Under the pieces are notes generated by a model. That model was not told where the DNA came from. It saw only the letters and a program-made list of their open reading frames with translations, and made no database searches. From Tubulanus polymorphus (lineage: Eukaryota; Animalia; Nemertea): 64,000 nt of DNA. Below, in pieces: positions 23,878-34,835 of this stretch. Where the stretch lies: positions 12,359,947 to 12,423,946 of the forward strand of contig NC_134030.1 of NCBI RefSeq assembly GCF_964204645.1, read 5' to 3'. The position numbers were made by a program, and so were the translations under genes. Each line of letters starts with the position of its first letter. Within the stretch, counting starts at the first letter, position 1.

Positions 23878-25215
23878 GATCTGTCTCTGCATCACGAGAA
23901 CCATTGTGCGGACTGTGGACATCGCTCGCGACAGCACTCAAATTTCTGCTACAATTGTGGTTCAGAGTTAAGCAAGGCGGATGGCGAGAACGGTACATTG
24001 CTAGCCTTACCATTAAAAGATTTGGATGCCCGGTTAAAATCTATGTCAGAGAGTGAGCGCAACTCTGTTTATGGCCGAAAGAAGTCAAAACTGGAAGAAG
24101 ATTTGGTCTTGTTCCTCGGGTCACTGCGCCCATCAAGATCCTTGTTGACGGCATCACCTAGGGATATCTGTAGGTTCATGGTATTCAGGGATGCTCGGGG
24201 TAAAACAGTAGTACACTCTTTAACCTGTCCGGTACGAGGTTGGAAAGCAGTCTCGAAGGCCTCACCAAGGACCGGTGGTTGTTTATGCCCCAAAAGACTG
24301 GCAGCCGGAACGGTCGATTCCTATCTGGGTCAGATAAGGGCAATATTTAACTCGATTGGTAAAATTGGCTGTTGGCATCCCGAGCGCGGAACTGGGAATC
24401 CTACCATATCAGAAGAGGTAAAACAATACCTGAGAGTGACTAAGAAGGAGCAATCGGTGGCTATGATCACCCCTAAACAAGCCGTCCCAATGTACCTTAG
24501 CAAATTGACGGCAATGATTCTCTCTATTGATAAACGCTTGGCTGTCCCAGATTTACCCGCGGTAACGGAGTATATTTTAGCAAGGGACCAGGCTTTCTTC
24601 AAACTTGATTTTCTAACAGGACATAGGGCGGCAGACTTAGGTCGGTTTTTGACAGATGGGATCTCTCAGAGTGACGATGGAAGGGTAATCATTTTAAATC
24701 TAACGTTCGGGAAAACACTGCGGGATGGTTCGGTTTTGACATCCGTAGTTACTCGTTTTAACAACCCGGTTCTGTGCCCGGTTTTGGCGATTGAAAGGTA
24801 TTTTGCTGTTGTAAAGGCGCTTGGAGTTGACCTTGGAGGGGGTTACTTATTCCGGATAACGAATAAAGAGGGCGCTATCGTTAATAACGGACTCGACTCG
24901 AATGCGGTGGGAAGCCGTTTGAAAACTTACCTAAAAGAAATTTGTATGTATGACGGTGAGACCCCGCATAGTTTTAGGGTTGGATGCTCCGTTATGTTGG
25001 CTTCTTTGGGCCATACATCTAAAGAGGTGACTTCTTATATTGGTTGGAAGCATCAGTCCATGGCAAAGCATTACACCAAACATGCTTGTGTGATGCAGGG
25101 TAAAGTCTCTGACTCTCTCGGTCAAGCTATGGGACAGTTAACTGATAAAAGTGTAGAATCATATCGCCTGAATAATGCTACAAGCGGGTTTAAACCAATG
25201 TTTTCATCCATGTAG
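23878..25215 (+). CDS. ALOG-domain tyrosine recombinase exon (spliced product 576 aa), copy B
   Basis: TTTTACAG|GAT phase-0 acceptor; CxxC...CxxC ribbon, ALOG motif and complete R-K-HxxR-W-Y catalytic set. Confidence 0.9.
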   Translation, partial: DLSLHHENHCADCGHRSRQHSNFCYNCGSELSKADGENGTLLALPLKDLDARLKSMSESERNSVYGRKKSKLEEDLVLFLGSLRPSRSLLTASPRDICRFMVFRDARGKTVVHSLTCPVRGWKAVSKASPRTGGCLCPKRLAAGTVDSYLGQIRAIFNSIGKIGCWHPERGTGNPTISEEVKQYLRVTKKEQSVAMITPKQAVPMYLSKLTAMILSIDKRLAVPDLPAVTEYILARDQAFFKLDFLTGHRAADLGRFLTDGISQSDDGRVIILNLTFGKTLRDGSVLTSVVTRFNNPVLCPVLAIERYFAVVKALGVDLGGGYLFRITNKEGAIVNNGLDSNAVGSRLKTYLKEICMYDGETPHSFRVGCSVMLASLGHTSKEVTSYIGWKHQSMAKHYTKHACVMQGKVSDSLGQAMGQLTDKSVESYRLNNATSGFKPMFSSM

Positions 25216-25483
25216 GTTCTACGTACGCCAATTTATATCGATAAGAAACTAGACGCTTATACGAATTTTGTATATTAATATACCCGATTTCTAAGGCGGG
25301 TCTAAATAAATCGACTTCGGATGCATATTCTGTCTTCTGATTTTTGGCCTCGTTTCACTCGGCCTAGTATAGTTGGGGTTTGGGTGTAGTTGTGGAAAGG
25401 TTTAGTATTTGTTGTGGTTATCAGTAAGGGGTTGGGTCGTTTTTTATCCCCAATCACTACATAACCGCGGAACGAGAAACCAC

Positions 25484-25519
25484 TGATCAGTGTGGATATT
25501 ATACTATCCACACTGATCA
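25484..25519. other. Putative YR recombination site (B1/A2 junction), copy B
   Basis: TGATCAGTGTGGATA-TTATAC-TATCCACACTGATCA. Confidence 0.8.
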
Positions 25520-26340
25520 TGTGACACTAGTGACGTGGTCACTTCTTAGTTTGCGGAAGATGGGGAGTCGAGTGTGACAGGTGTGCCTTGTACAGTGGAG
25601 GGAATGGGCCAATGAAATACAGGATGGGTTAAGATATTAAAAAAAAAAAAACCAGCGTATGTGGCTACTTGTTCCGGGTTTCGTTTTTTATCCCCAATCA
25701 CTACATAACCGCGGAACGAGAAACCACTGATCAGTGTGGATATTATACTGTACGCGCGTGTGTTTGTGTGTGCAACAGTCTAATAATCTAATGATTTCCG
25801 CGCGCACGTGGAGGCCTTGTGTAAGTGGATGTTCGCTTACACTTCAATGTCAATCGATTCAATCACCCGGTATTAAAATGAAACAATACCTATGGCGGAT
25901 AATAATTATATTCATACCAGTAATGAGCATTTGAAATTCGCACGTATACGGCACCTAGTCTAATGAAACGTTCGCCATTCTATGGCTTTCCCATAATTAT
26001 TTTAGTAGCGCCGGAATTCCCCGTATATCACAAAAACAGCCAATCACATTAGCTCGTAGAGACAACGCCCCCAATCGAAGTCATTGCAATTTTATACGCG
26101 AGAGCTAAGAATTTTCCCGCCAAAAACAGTTTTTCGTAGAATTTTTACAATGTTGACCATGTCATCGACGGAGGTTCGCCATGTCTTCAATCGCATCGAT
26201 TATACGTCGTTTACGCCGAGAACCAATGAAACAAATGCCCACATATAAAAACGTACCGCGATTTTACATGAATTGGCTCAATGCCAACTTCATATTGCTG
26301 ACAAGGGTAACTCCAAAAATCGCACGTGGAAAATCGCTAC

Positions 26341-26470
26341 TATCCTTGATGACGTGAGTTGATCTTTCACGTCATGACATTATCCTTCACGTAATGAGTT
26401 TATCCTTCACATTATGAGTTGATCCTTCACGTTATGAGATTATCCATCACGTTATGGGTTTATCCTTCAC
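26341..26470. repeat. 20-bp minisatellite, about 6 units
   Basis: (T/G)ATCCTTCACGTTATGAGTT-like units. Confidence 0.8.
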
Positions 26471-28599
26471 ATGGTGACTAGAGTGTCTGTTTGGCGGGGA
26501 TGGCCGCCCGTAGAAGCTCACAAATTCTTCAAATTTGAGGCCAGTGCCGGTTACTGACGAAACAAAGTTTATCGACTGACATGATTTTCAATAATTTCAC
26601 GATAGGACTGCTTTATGTAGCTTGCATCTTCACTCAGACAAATCGTTGTTACGCGCCACCTACACCCTGGCGCGCGTACTCTATAACTGATACGTAAAAC
26701 ACGCAGCGAATACGAGACTATGAGGCGATATTGCCTACGCGACTGTACACGACTGTTTTCAACGTGAACGCTCCACTGGGCCCTAGTTAACAATCTAATA
26801 CAAATAATCAGGCTCCAAAACGGATCGCTGATGCGAACGTTAATGAAATAACTTCAATTAATGGTGATAACACGAGTATTCCAGTATAAAATCAAATATC
26901 AGACTCATCTCTAAAAATTCGATTCTATCAGTAAATCAGCCGTGTGGCGAACAGCAGAAGTAAATTTCTGCATTTTGAAACCATATTTTCGTCAGATATA
27001 TTGATGCGACGTTAACTTACGCACGGGATATCAAAACTAGATGAATCATTGAACACTCGCACCCAATAAATCGTTATATCATACGCCTTGAATATCAGTA
27101 TTCGCGCTAGAAAGGATGAATATCAACCTATTCAATCATGCCGCCATTTTGTTTGTGAAATGACGCCCACCAGCTGATCCACCTCATTCAATGTTATGAC
27201 GTCATGATGGAAGTCAAAACCGGGTCAACACAAATTATACATAACCGAGATTTTGGGGGATTTTGTCTTCGAAAGCCCATAGCTAACGAAGATAGCGTCG
27301 GATCTTGGCGATATAAGGTTCTTCCGACGCAAATAGCATTGAATTTTCACATGTGTTATTTTGGGCAGTTAAAGATGCTGCATAAAAAACGTGCTCAAAT
27401 AAATCGAATTTTTGAAACTTGTTGGTAAATTTCTCAAAAACTATGAAACCCACGGCTTTCAACTTTGCGCACTATAAAGAAAAATCTATTACGAAATATA
27501 TTTTTGCTTAATCCGTTCAATTCGCCCATTAGTAGTGAAATTACAGGCTACTGAAATTGCCTTTGAGAGTGCTAAAAATAGCGTAGTGTATTAAGCATGC
27601 GAATGATGATCGATCGGCCAGACCGTTGACAAAAATTGGCGCCTGGAAACTGTAAAAAGGCTTATTCAATTCAGTTTACATGTATAAGTTAACACATTAT
27701 CCAACAAACTTTACCGATATCTGGGTAGAAGAATTAACGGATTTCATATTTGGTAGGTCCCCTGCGATAATATATGCATTCGTGAGTCTAAAAATCCAGT
27801 TCAAAGTTAATTGAAAATGAACTAATTTTGACAACGAACAACCTACTGCTCGCCACGCCCTGGTGGGATAGCTGGTTTTGCGGGTACCCCATTACAAGGT
27901 ATGACTTTCTAAAATTCTAGATTATTCACATTTTTGGTTTCATCAATTTAAATTAAAGCCTTTCACCTCCCGTTATCTCACCAATTGATATCCTGTATTT
28001 CTTACACACTAGGCATTTTCCCGGAGGTGCCATCATTTCTTTGTGAAAATGATTGTCTTGCATTTCGTTGTATCAATGAATGACGTCGGCAGCAGGTACG
28101 CGAACTTATTACACGAGTTCACGATATCAGCGATGCCTGTTCTTCGATTTCCTCCGAGTTCTTCGATTAGACCTGAAAATGAAACCCTTTGTTTCGTTCA
28201 CGGTAGGTCGGGTGTGGTGGTACGTAGGCGTGTAAGGGATACAGAATTCATATATAAAATAATTGACCGATCAAATGAATGAGAGAGAATATTCCCTATT
28301 TCCAGACGAAATAAAAATTAATGGCATTTAATGTTATCTAGTTTTTCAGGGCATTCTATTCTTTAATTGAAAAAAATTCGTTTGAACGTAAAAAACCATT
28401 TGAATACGGTACGCGTGCCAGTGGTTATTTTGATGAAAAAAGCAGGATTGATGCACAGAGGATGGACACTACGCCATATAAATTCACATTGAAGAAACAC
28501 CGTTCAGGTATGGATAGGTTTCAACTATTGAAAAATACATAAAAAATTAAAGTTTTCATGTATTCCATTTGACCCAATGGTACATGTTACTCACACTTA

Positions 28600-28870
28600 T
28601 TCCCTAAAGTTAATTCAATTGCTTCTTACCATATCTTACTCAGAACAAGATCTACACCTAGAAAACTATCTAGTCTCAGATCTTCCAGATAAACTCGCTA
28701 TTAATTTTACAACATCCAGTACTGCAAATCGTGAGCTTGCAGAAAGAACATGTCAGTTGTGTTATAATGGGATTGGGGATGAATTTACTATATCTTTTCA
28801 ACTCTAAATATTCATACCTAAATGAAAGTATGGTATAGACTAGACAGGGCATTTTTACACGAATCACTAA
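28600..28870 (+). mobile_element. Short degenerate LINE 3' fragment
   Basis: LENYL...ELAERTCQLCYNGIGDEF matches the LINE C-terminal CxxC..GDE motif also seen near 7860-7950. Confidence 0.6.
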
Positions 28871-30004
28871 TGCAAACTAGAAATAGATCCTACGTTATCC
28901 GTCTTTCTTCGCTGGTAGGATTATGAGACTATGAGACACAATCCATTGTCGCTAATATGTATGTCAAATATGTAACGTACTGTAGTTCACTTAATAATGT
29001 ATTGAATTGTCTTTTGTATGAAATGAAGTAAGCACCAGATTTTGTGAAATATAACCAACGTAATCTTGACGGGTTGGTGCAACGCAATCGCAGCTGTCCC
29101 TGACCTGACCACATCGTAATAATCTAAGAACTTAGCTAGAACAGTACTGATCTTGACAGTAGGACCCACGATAGGTGCATAAAGCATCCGCGAGCTCTGT
29201 GATTGCTGTCTTTGGTAGAGTTCTGTAATTGAATCGTGACACATGTATTTCCCTGATCCACGCTTTGCTCAATATATTGCAACAGACGTAAGTTTATGCT
29301 AAGATATTCTACGTACATTTTTTAAGGTGTCAAATAATCTATTTATGATCCATTCTATTGTAATACTGCATGAAAACTCATAGTATAACCCAGAAAACAT
29401 CTGTTTTTAGGATGCTATTTTATCATGACACTTTTTAGTTTGAGTTTTTTTTGGATAACAAACGATAAACAAGTAGAATATATTCTACGTATTCTAATCA
29501 GTAAATTGGAAGTGGTTAAAACCTACTTTAGTATAAGTATACTAAGTTCTGAGTACATTTTGATCTTCACGTCAACGTTAAAGAAGTGAAATGCGAAATA
29601 GGCATGCTACATTTTAGCATGATATCCTATGATAAAATCCAACTCAAATTATTGTGAAATAATTCCTAGAATCACATCATCTCTAATTACGGCTGCCAGA
29701 AATTCTAAGTGAATACCGATGCCTGTGTTGCGTTCAAACTCTGTCAGATCGTCAGTTGGAATTGTCTGCTTTTCTGTTCATTTGTGGCAGTCGTTTTCAT
29801 CAAATCAATTCCCACTTGCTAGTTATAGTAGCTGCTGATGTGTATTTCGGATACAGTCAAACAGCATATATGGATATAATTTTTCTACATAAGCGTTTTG
29901 TTTTATAATATCTAGGCCTATTCACTTCCGTTGAATATTTCGAAAATGTGATAATCCGAGTGTGGATGACCGTCAGTCGAAAACATTCTTAGGGTAATCC
30001 ATTA

Positions 30005-30543
30005 GGCCACTCGAAGTTGATTCCTAGTTTCCTATCCTACAATCTTTCATGACGAGGATGGGCGAATTTTATTCTCATTAACGTATTTGAAATAAAAAAG
30101 CTGAGCAAAAAACAATTCCCTATATTATTTTCAGGAGACGAGGGAGGGCGATTTTCTTTTTCATTTTTGAAGTAAAAACGCCTCCTTCGCAGTACTGTCG
30201 TCGTCTCATATGACGACCGTCAAGTTAGAACGGAAATATCCTTTGACTCGGACGAAATTTCTATCGACAAAATCATTACGGCCATTCATGGAGGCTCTAC
30301 AACTTTGAATTCCGTCATCGATAACACTTACAACGTACGTCAACAAAAAAAATAGAAGAGACAACCACAAAAACGATGGTGCGTGATGCGGACGGGTGGA
30401 TTTTTATCTTATAAAACACAGACGAGCAGCTATTTTGCGACGCGGGAATGCACGTTTCATTTTCTGAAAAATTTCTATTGGACACAATTTAAGTGTCGCG
30501 CGTGGTTTTCAAATTGATGAGTAGGAATTAACTATGAGTGTCC
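30005..30543. mobile_element. Harbinger-like MITE (older)
   Basis: Imperfect TIRs GGCCACTCGAAGTTGATTCCTA / TAGGAATTAACTATGAGTGTCC, flanked by TTA and TCA. Confidence 0.6.
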
Positions 30544-31289
30544 TCAAATCTAATAACTGACAAAAATGATGCTCAAAGCGATTTTTGTGAATTTCCATAA
30601 TTTCCATAATTTCTCGGTACTTAGTTTGAATAGTTAATTTCCAGTTGATTGAATCGCACGCAGGAACCAATCAATTAGTTGAAAGGGTCTATGTCGCGTA
30701 TATTGCTAATTCTGCCCGTAATTCATCGTCATTCTATACGAGCATACAGAGAGAAAAAATTTAGTTATTCGACTGTTTTAATTTAATCTAGGAAAGCCTT
30801 CGTCGATTTACCTGTTTTAACTGCCTTCTGAAATACATTTGCTGCTGAAGTGTGAATGGAATAAACAATAATTGCAGTTTGTTGAAATGGTGAAATGTTC
30901 AGTTACGATGACAGAAGACGGATGGCATAAAGAACCATGAACTGCCAAAATGGAATTAAATTCAAAAGTTATTGAAAAAGAAACAAAGAATGAAACTACC
31001 ACCTTGGTGATCTCCATAGCAGCGACCCATTAACGTTTCCACTGATCACCAGTTTGCCTTTGTTCGATGAATAACTTTAAAGTTTCAACATAATAATTTA
31101 GATTCCTGCTTTATTCTTAACAGATAGCTCATTTTTCGTTCCCAAACGGGATATCAAACTCAGTCAAATGGAATAAGATTGTGACACCGGAAAATAAACC
31201 AAACGGTACGATTGAGGATAGATATTTTCAAAGATAATTTTTCACAGTTTTTTTGATGCAGGTTTAACCTTTTCTTGCATTTTTCAGGT

Positions 31290-32448
31290 CTATTTAACGT
31301 TCAGATATATTTGTAGTCCAGCCGGTTTGCACCCACCACAGTATCCTCCGCAAGCACCTGTTATTACCTTGCCGACCTTAATCGGTATATTTATAGATGT
31401 AAACGATCCAGTTGAGGGCCAAGTCGTCTATAAGAAAACAAAAAGGTGCTAAGATTATTTAAGGTTGTGTGCTATCGATACTATTAATATCTAATTCTCA
31501 CCTTCGATGACACAGCAAAGTCGGTACCAGTAAGGTCAATTCTAAATTTGCCACCCGCCGTGTATTTAGAGATACAACTGCCTGCCACGCCATATTCAAG
31601 AGGTTTCTTGTCTCGAACAACTATACTAAATGATTTATCGGTTATGTCCACTGAAACTGTCTGAAAGATATATCTTGTAGTTGTATGAATAACTAAAACG
31701 TGACTGTCATGCAACTGGCGTACATATATTAGAAAACCATGGGAAATACTTACATTGGGAAGAAAACGAACCTTTGTGAAGTTCGTCATCGAGTTGTACG
31801 CCCAATGCGATGGTCCCCATTGTTCGGAATAATTGTTGACAGGCCCTGCAGGTAAGGATAAGTACTCCAATGGCAGCTCGGATAGTTTCGACATACCTCT
31901 GCAATACACCGTTGTTGGTACTGCCGGTTCTCCTACATAAACAGTGTATTCGCCATTTTGCTTATTGCCCAATTGATTCAAATATAAACATGACTTCGGG
32001 GAATGGACTGCCGCCATAATTCATCATCATACGTGAAAAACATTTTAAAAAAAGAATGTCATCATCACGAACGTCGGATCATAGGCTTTTGAACAAAATA
32101 TAAGCTTGAAACAATTCATATTCTGAAACAATTATGATAATTCTACTTACGGTGCACATAAATTGCCTTGCCTGTGGCTGGGATTAATTTCGAATCAAGT
32201 CTTCGTATGATATAACAATCAGCCGAATTTTTTTCGTAAATAAATGCATTACATATTCTTCCAGAGTTTTGTTCAACACCGCACATAACCGCGCATTCTC
32301 TAGCGGACCTAGCCCTCGTCGTGTGCTGGTGTGGAAATGTGTATCCCCGCTGAATAGAGAACTTATTCCCGTTCTCCACTGCAAATTTAGCCGATATAGA
32401 ATGAAGCAAAAAGTGAGCAACCAATGTCATAGCGAACAACGCAGCCAT
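31290..32448 (-). CDS. Secreted PAN/Apple + GON domain protein, 4 exons (32448-32151, 32007-31754, 31660-31502, 31427-31290), 282 aa
   Basis: Signal peptide; PAN-like ECAVMC...CNAFIY...C; GON-like PKSC...GEYTVYV...VYCRGM...EYLSL, FTKVR, YGVAGSC...GKFRIDLTGT, CGGYCGGC. All introns GT-AG with consistent phases (849 nt). Confidence 0.82.
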
Positions 32449-33423
32449 CTTACATCTGAATCACTTTTCGAGTGCCAAACGCGCCGGTTACTTCCGTTTC
32501 GTCGCAGCTTACGAAAGCGGATATTGAATCAGATCCATTTATTACAAAAACAATTTGAGATGTTGAACATTTGACTTGTGTGTGGCATCTAGATGAGCGT
32601 GCAGTTACATATATCCCAAACAACAAATGCCTTGACAGCTTGACGGATATATTCAGTTTTCGAAGTTGGTAAACGGACCCACTAATCATATAGTTTAAAT
32701 CTATTGGTCTGATGTTTCAGGAATGCTGCTTATCATTTGTTATTTTTTATTTCCGTTTCTGTGATGACGAGATTCAATTGAAATCCTGAACAATAAATTC
32801 ATATCTTATTCATTGTGGGGTTTGTTTATCAATCTATGATGTTACGAGAAAAACATTCAAAAATGATTACTCCTAATCGCAGAGAAAGTATTTTAGTGCA
32901 CTCTTGAAATCGCTCCCTAAATGTTTGCCTCTACCATATCACGTTGAGTTATTCCTTTAGGATTTTTCGGCAGTTTCAGGATCTTTGAATCGACGTTAAC
33001 GCAATGAAAACAATTTGAGTTTGATTGATGAGTTGCGTAATCCGCTCAATTTGTCTACTAGAGCTTGTCAGCGTGGAATTCCATTTAAATGTTTTTTCGG
33101 AAGTCTGCAAGGAAACAGTTTTCAAAGCCAGCGAGTATTTCTTTTCATTTGATACTCGATTAAGATTTAATCACAAAGTTAGTCTTCCATGGACATCGTC
33201 GCGCCTCGAGCATGGACTGCAACGTAATTAACTGGTATAGTCATTTGCAAAAGCGTTAGAAATTTGTTATTGAATTGATCTCAAGACAGCGTCTATGCGT
33301 TCAATGCATACGGTGGAGGACAGCTCAGCGTTCCTCGGGAGCAGCATCTCTGTATGCACTTAAAGTTTAAAGATATTTTGCAGCGGGTAACCACTTACGT
33401 ACGTACTCAAGGGGGCCCTATGC

Positions 33424-33425
<2 letters not shown>

Positions 33426-33471
<46 letters not shown>
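33426..33471. repeat. (TA)n microsatellite
   Basis: Direct observation. Confidence 0.97.
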
Positions 33472-33473
<2 letters not shown>

Positions 33474-34044
33474 AATATATGGACCTTGGAGAAATTATGG
33501 TACTAGATCGTCAGTGTAGACGATTAGTACCAGTGTAGATGGTTATGTAGCTTATCTGCCAGTTCGAATTGAGAATAAATACGGATGAAGTGAAAACCTT
33601 GTAACACCGTAACGAAATTTGTAGCACTAACTAACCCAAAATATGTTAAATGGCCCAATCATTTCCATTATCATTTCCATAATCACTCCATCTTTCAGTA
33701 AATCTATGTGCAATTTTGTCATAAAATTCGATGAAATTCACGGACCTGCGAAACAAAAGTTGAGTATAGATGAGACGGCTGCTGGTTAAACTGCGACTCG
33801 ATGGAATATTTCAGTGGTGATACGAATTTTATCAATCAATGGTTTTTACTATATACGGATTATCCAACCATAAAAGCTATTTTTTAGCACAATCAGACCA
33901 CATTTATACTAAAAATGAAAATACGGATTATATTATATGGATAATCAGAAAGGTATTAGGCTTTTTAACAAGAAATAAACGGGACCGGAAAAGCTAAAAA
34001 TACGGATAAGTCGGCTCCGGATTAAGAGAACTTGAATGTATATA

Positions 34045-34150
34045 CACTCAACCCCTGATATACCGCCCTCCCATATACCGCCAACCCCTCAATGTTACAT
34101 CGCCATACAAATACATAATAAAACACCCTCGATATATCGGGGGTTGACTG
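34045..34150. mobile_element. Tiny Tc1/mariner-type MITE
   Basis: TA-flanked TIRs CACTCAACCCCTGATATA / TATATCGGGGGTTGACTG. A related end (TACAGTCAACCCCCGAT) occurs at ~49857. Confidence 0.65.
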
Positions 34151-34835
34151 TATTTTCTGTTTTGGACAATGTCCCGAGCTTATGTCTGATCATTATGTGC
34201 TTAACCCCCAGAGAATTTGCTTATCCGGCAATGTTTTTGGGAAACGTCGTATACCCTACTGTGGTAGCGGTAAGAACTATAGGGAAAATTCACGTTAACG
34301 ATGTCAAATCCTTCAATTTACGTGCATGAAATTATCGTCTCGACGGCGGCGCTACACTGGATAAGCTCATTTCAGTTAATAGAGTTAACGTGTTGAGTCA
34401 TCCCCCAAATCGCTGTAAGAAACTTCACGTTGGTTATCAAATCAGGCTGCACTTTCCCATAGGTTAAACACCCGAGTAATATAACGTCAGATTTGATAAT
34501 TTCCGAGATCAAGCTTCGTTTATCTTTCGACCTTGATTGTTGTCTACCGGAAGATGGAATATTCATCTCAGTAAAATATGTCTGCCTTTAACAGAGACAG
34601 ACACTTCTAAACGTGGCAATCGAAAGAGAAAATATAAGAGCACACTCTTCTGAAAAGCAGTCAAACGGAAAGGGCCTTTTTATCCAGTTAATGCGAGACT
34701 TTGGGTCAAGAAGTTCACATATATACACACAATTTATTGACTTACATTTTAAAATATAAATGCTTTTGATAATGTTACATAGTCGGTTAATATTTTTTCC
34801 ACATTTATTTCGGTATAAGAAACATTAAGTTCATA

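Larger units (their letters stand above)
18607..25748 (+). mobile_element. Tyrosine-recombinase retrotransposon, DIRS group, PAT-like, ALOG-YR class; copy B
   Basis: A1 18607-18657, B1 25437-25504, A2 25504-25554, B2 25681-25748. gag, pol and YR as in copy A. The methyltransferase-like domain after RNase H fits the DIRS/PAT groups rather than Ngaro. Confidence 0.95.

Noticed and set aside
8154-25748. One giant 17.6-kb element with 7-kb TIRs, or a pure fold-back artefact
   Set aside because: Each arm is a complete YR retrotransposon with its own split repeats and distinct flanks, the arms differ at several sites, and the middle is LINE/host DNA. Only the orientation of the middle could be artefactual.
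18607-25748. Classification as Ngaro or Crypton
   Set aside because: It has RT/RNase H (not Crypton) and a methyltransferase-like domain (absent from Ngaro).
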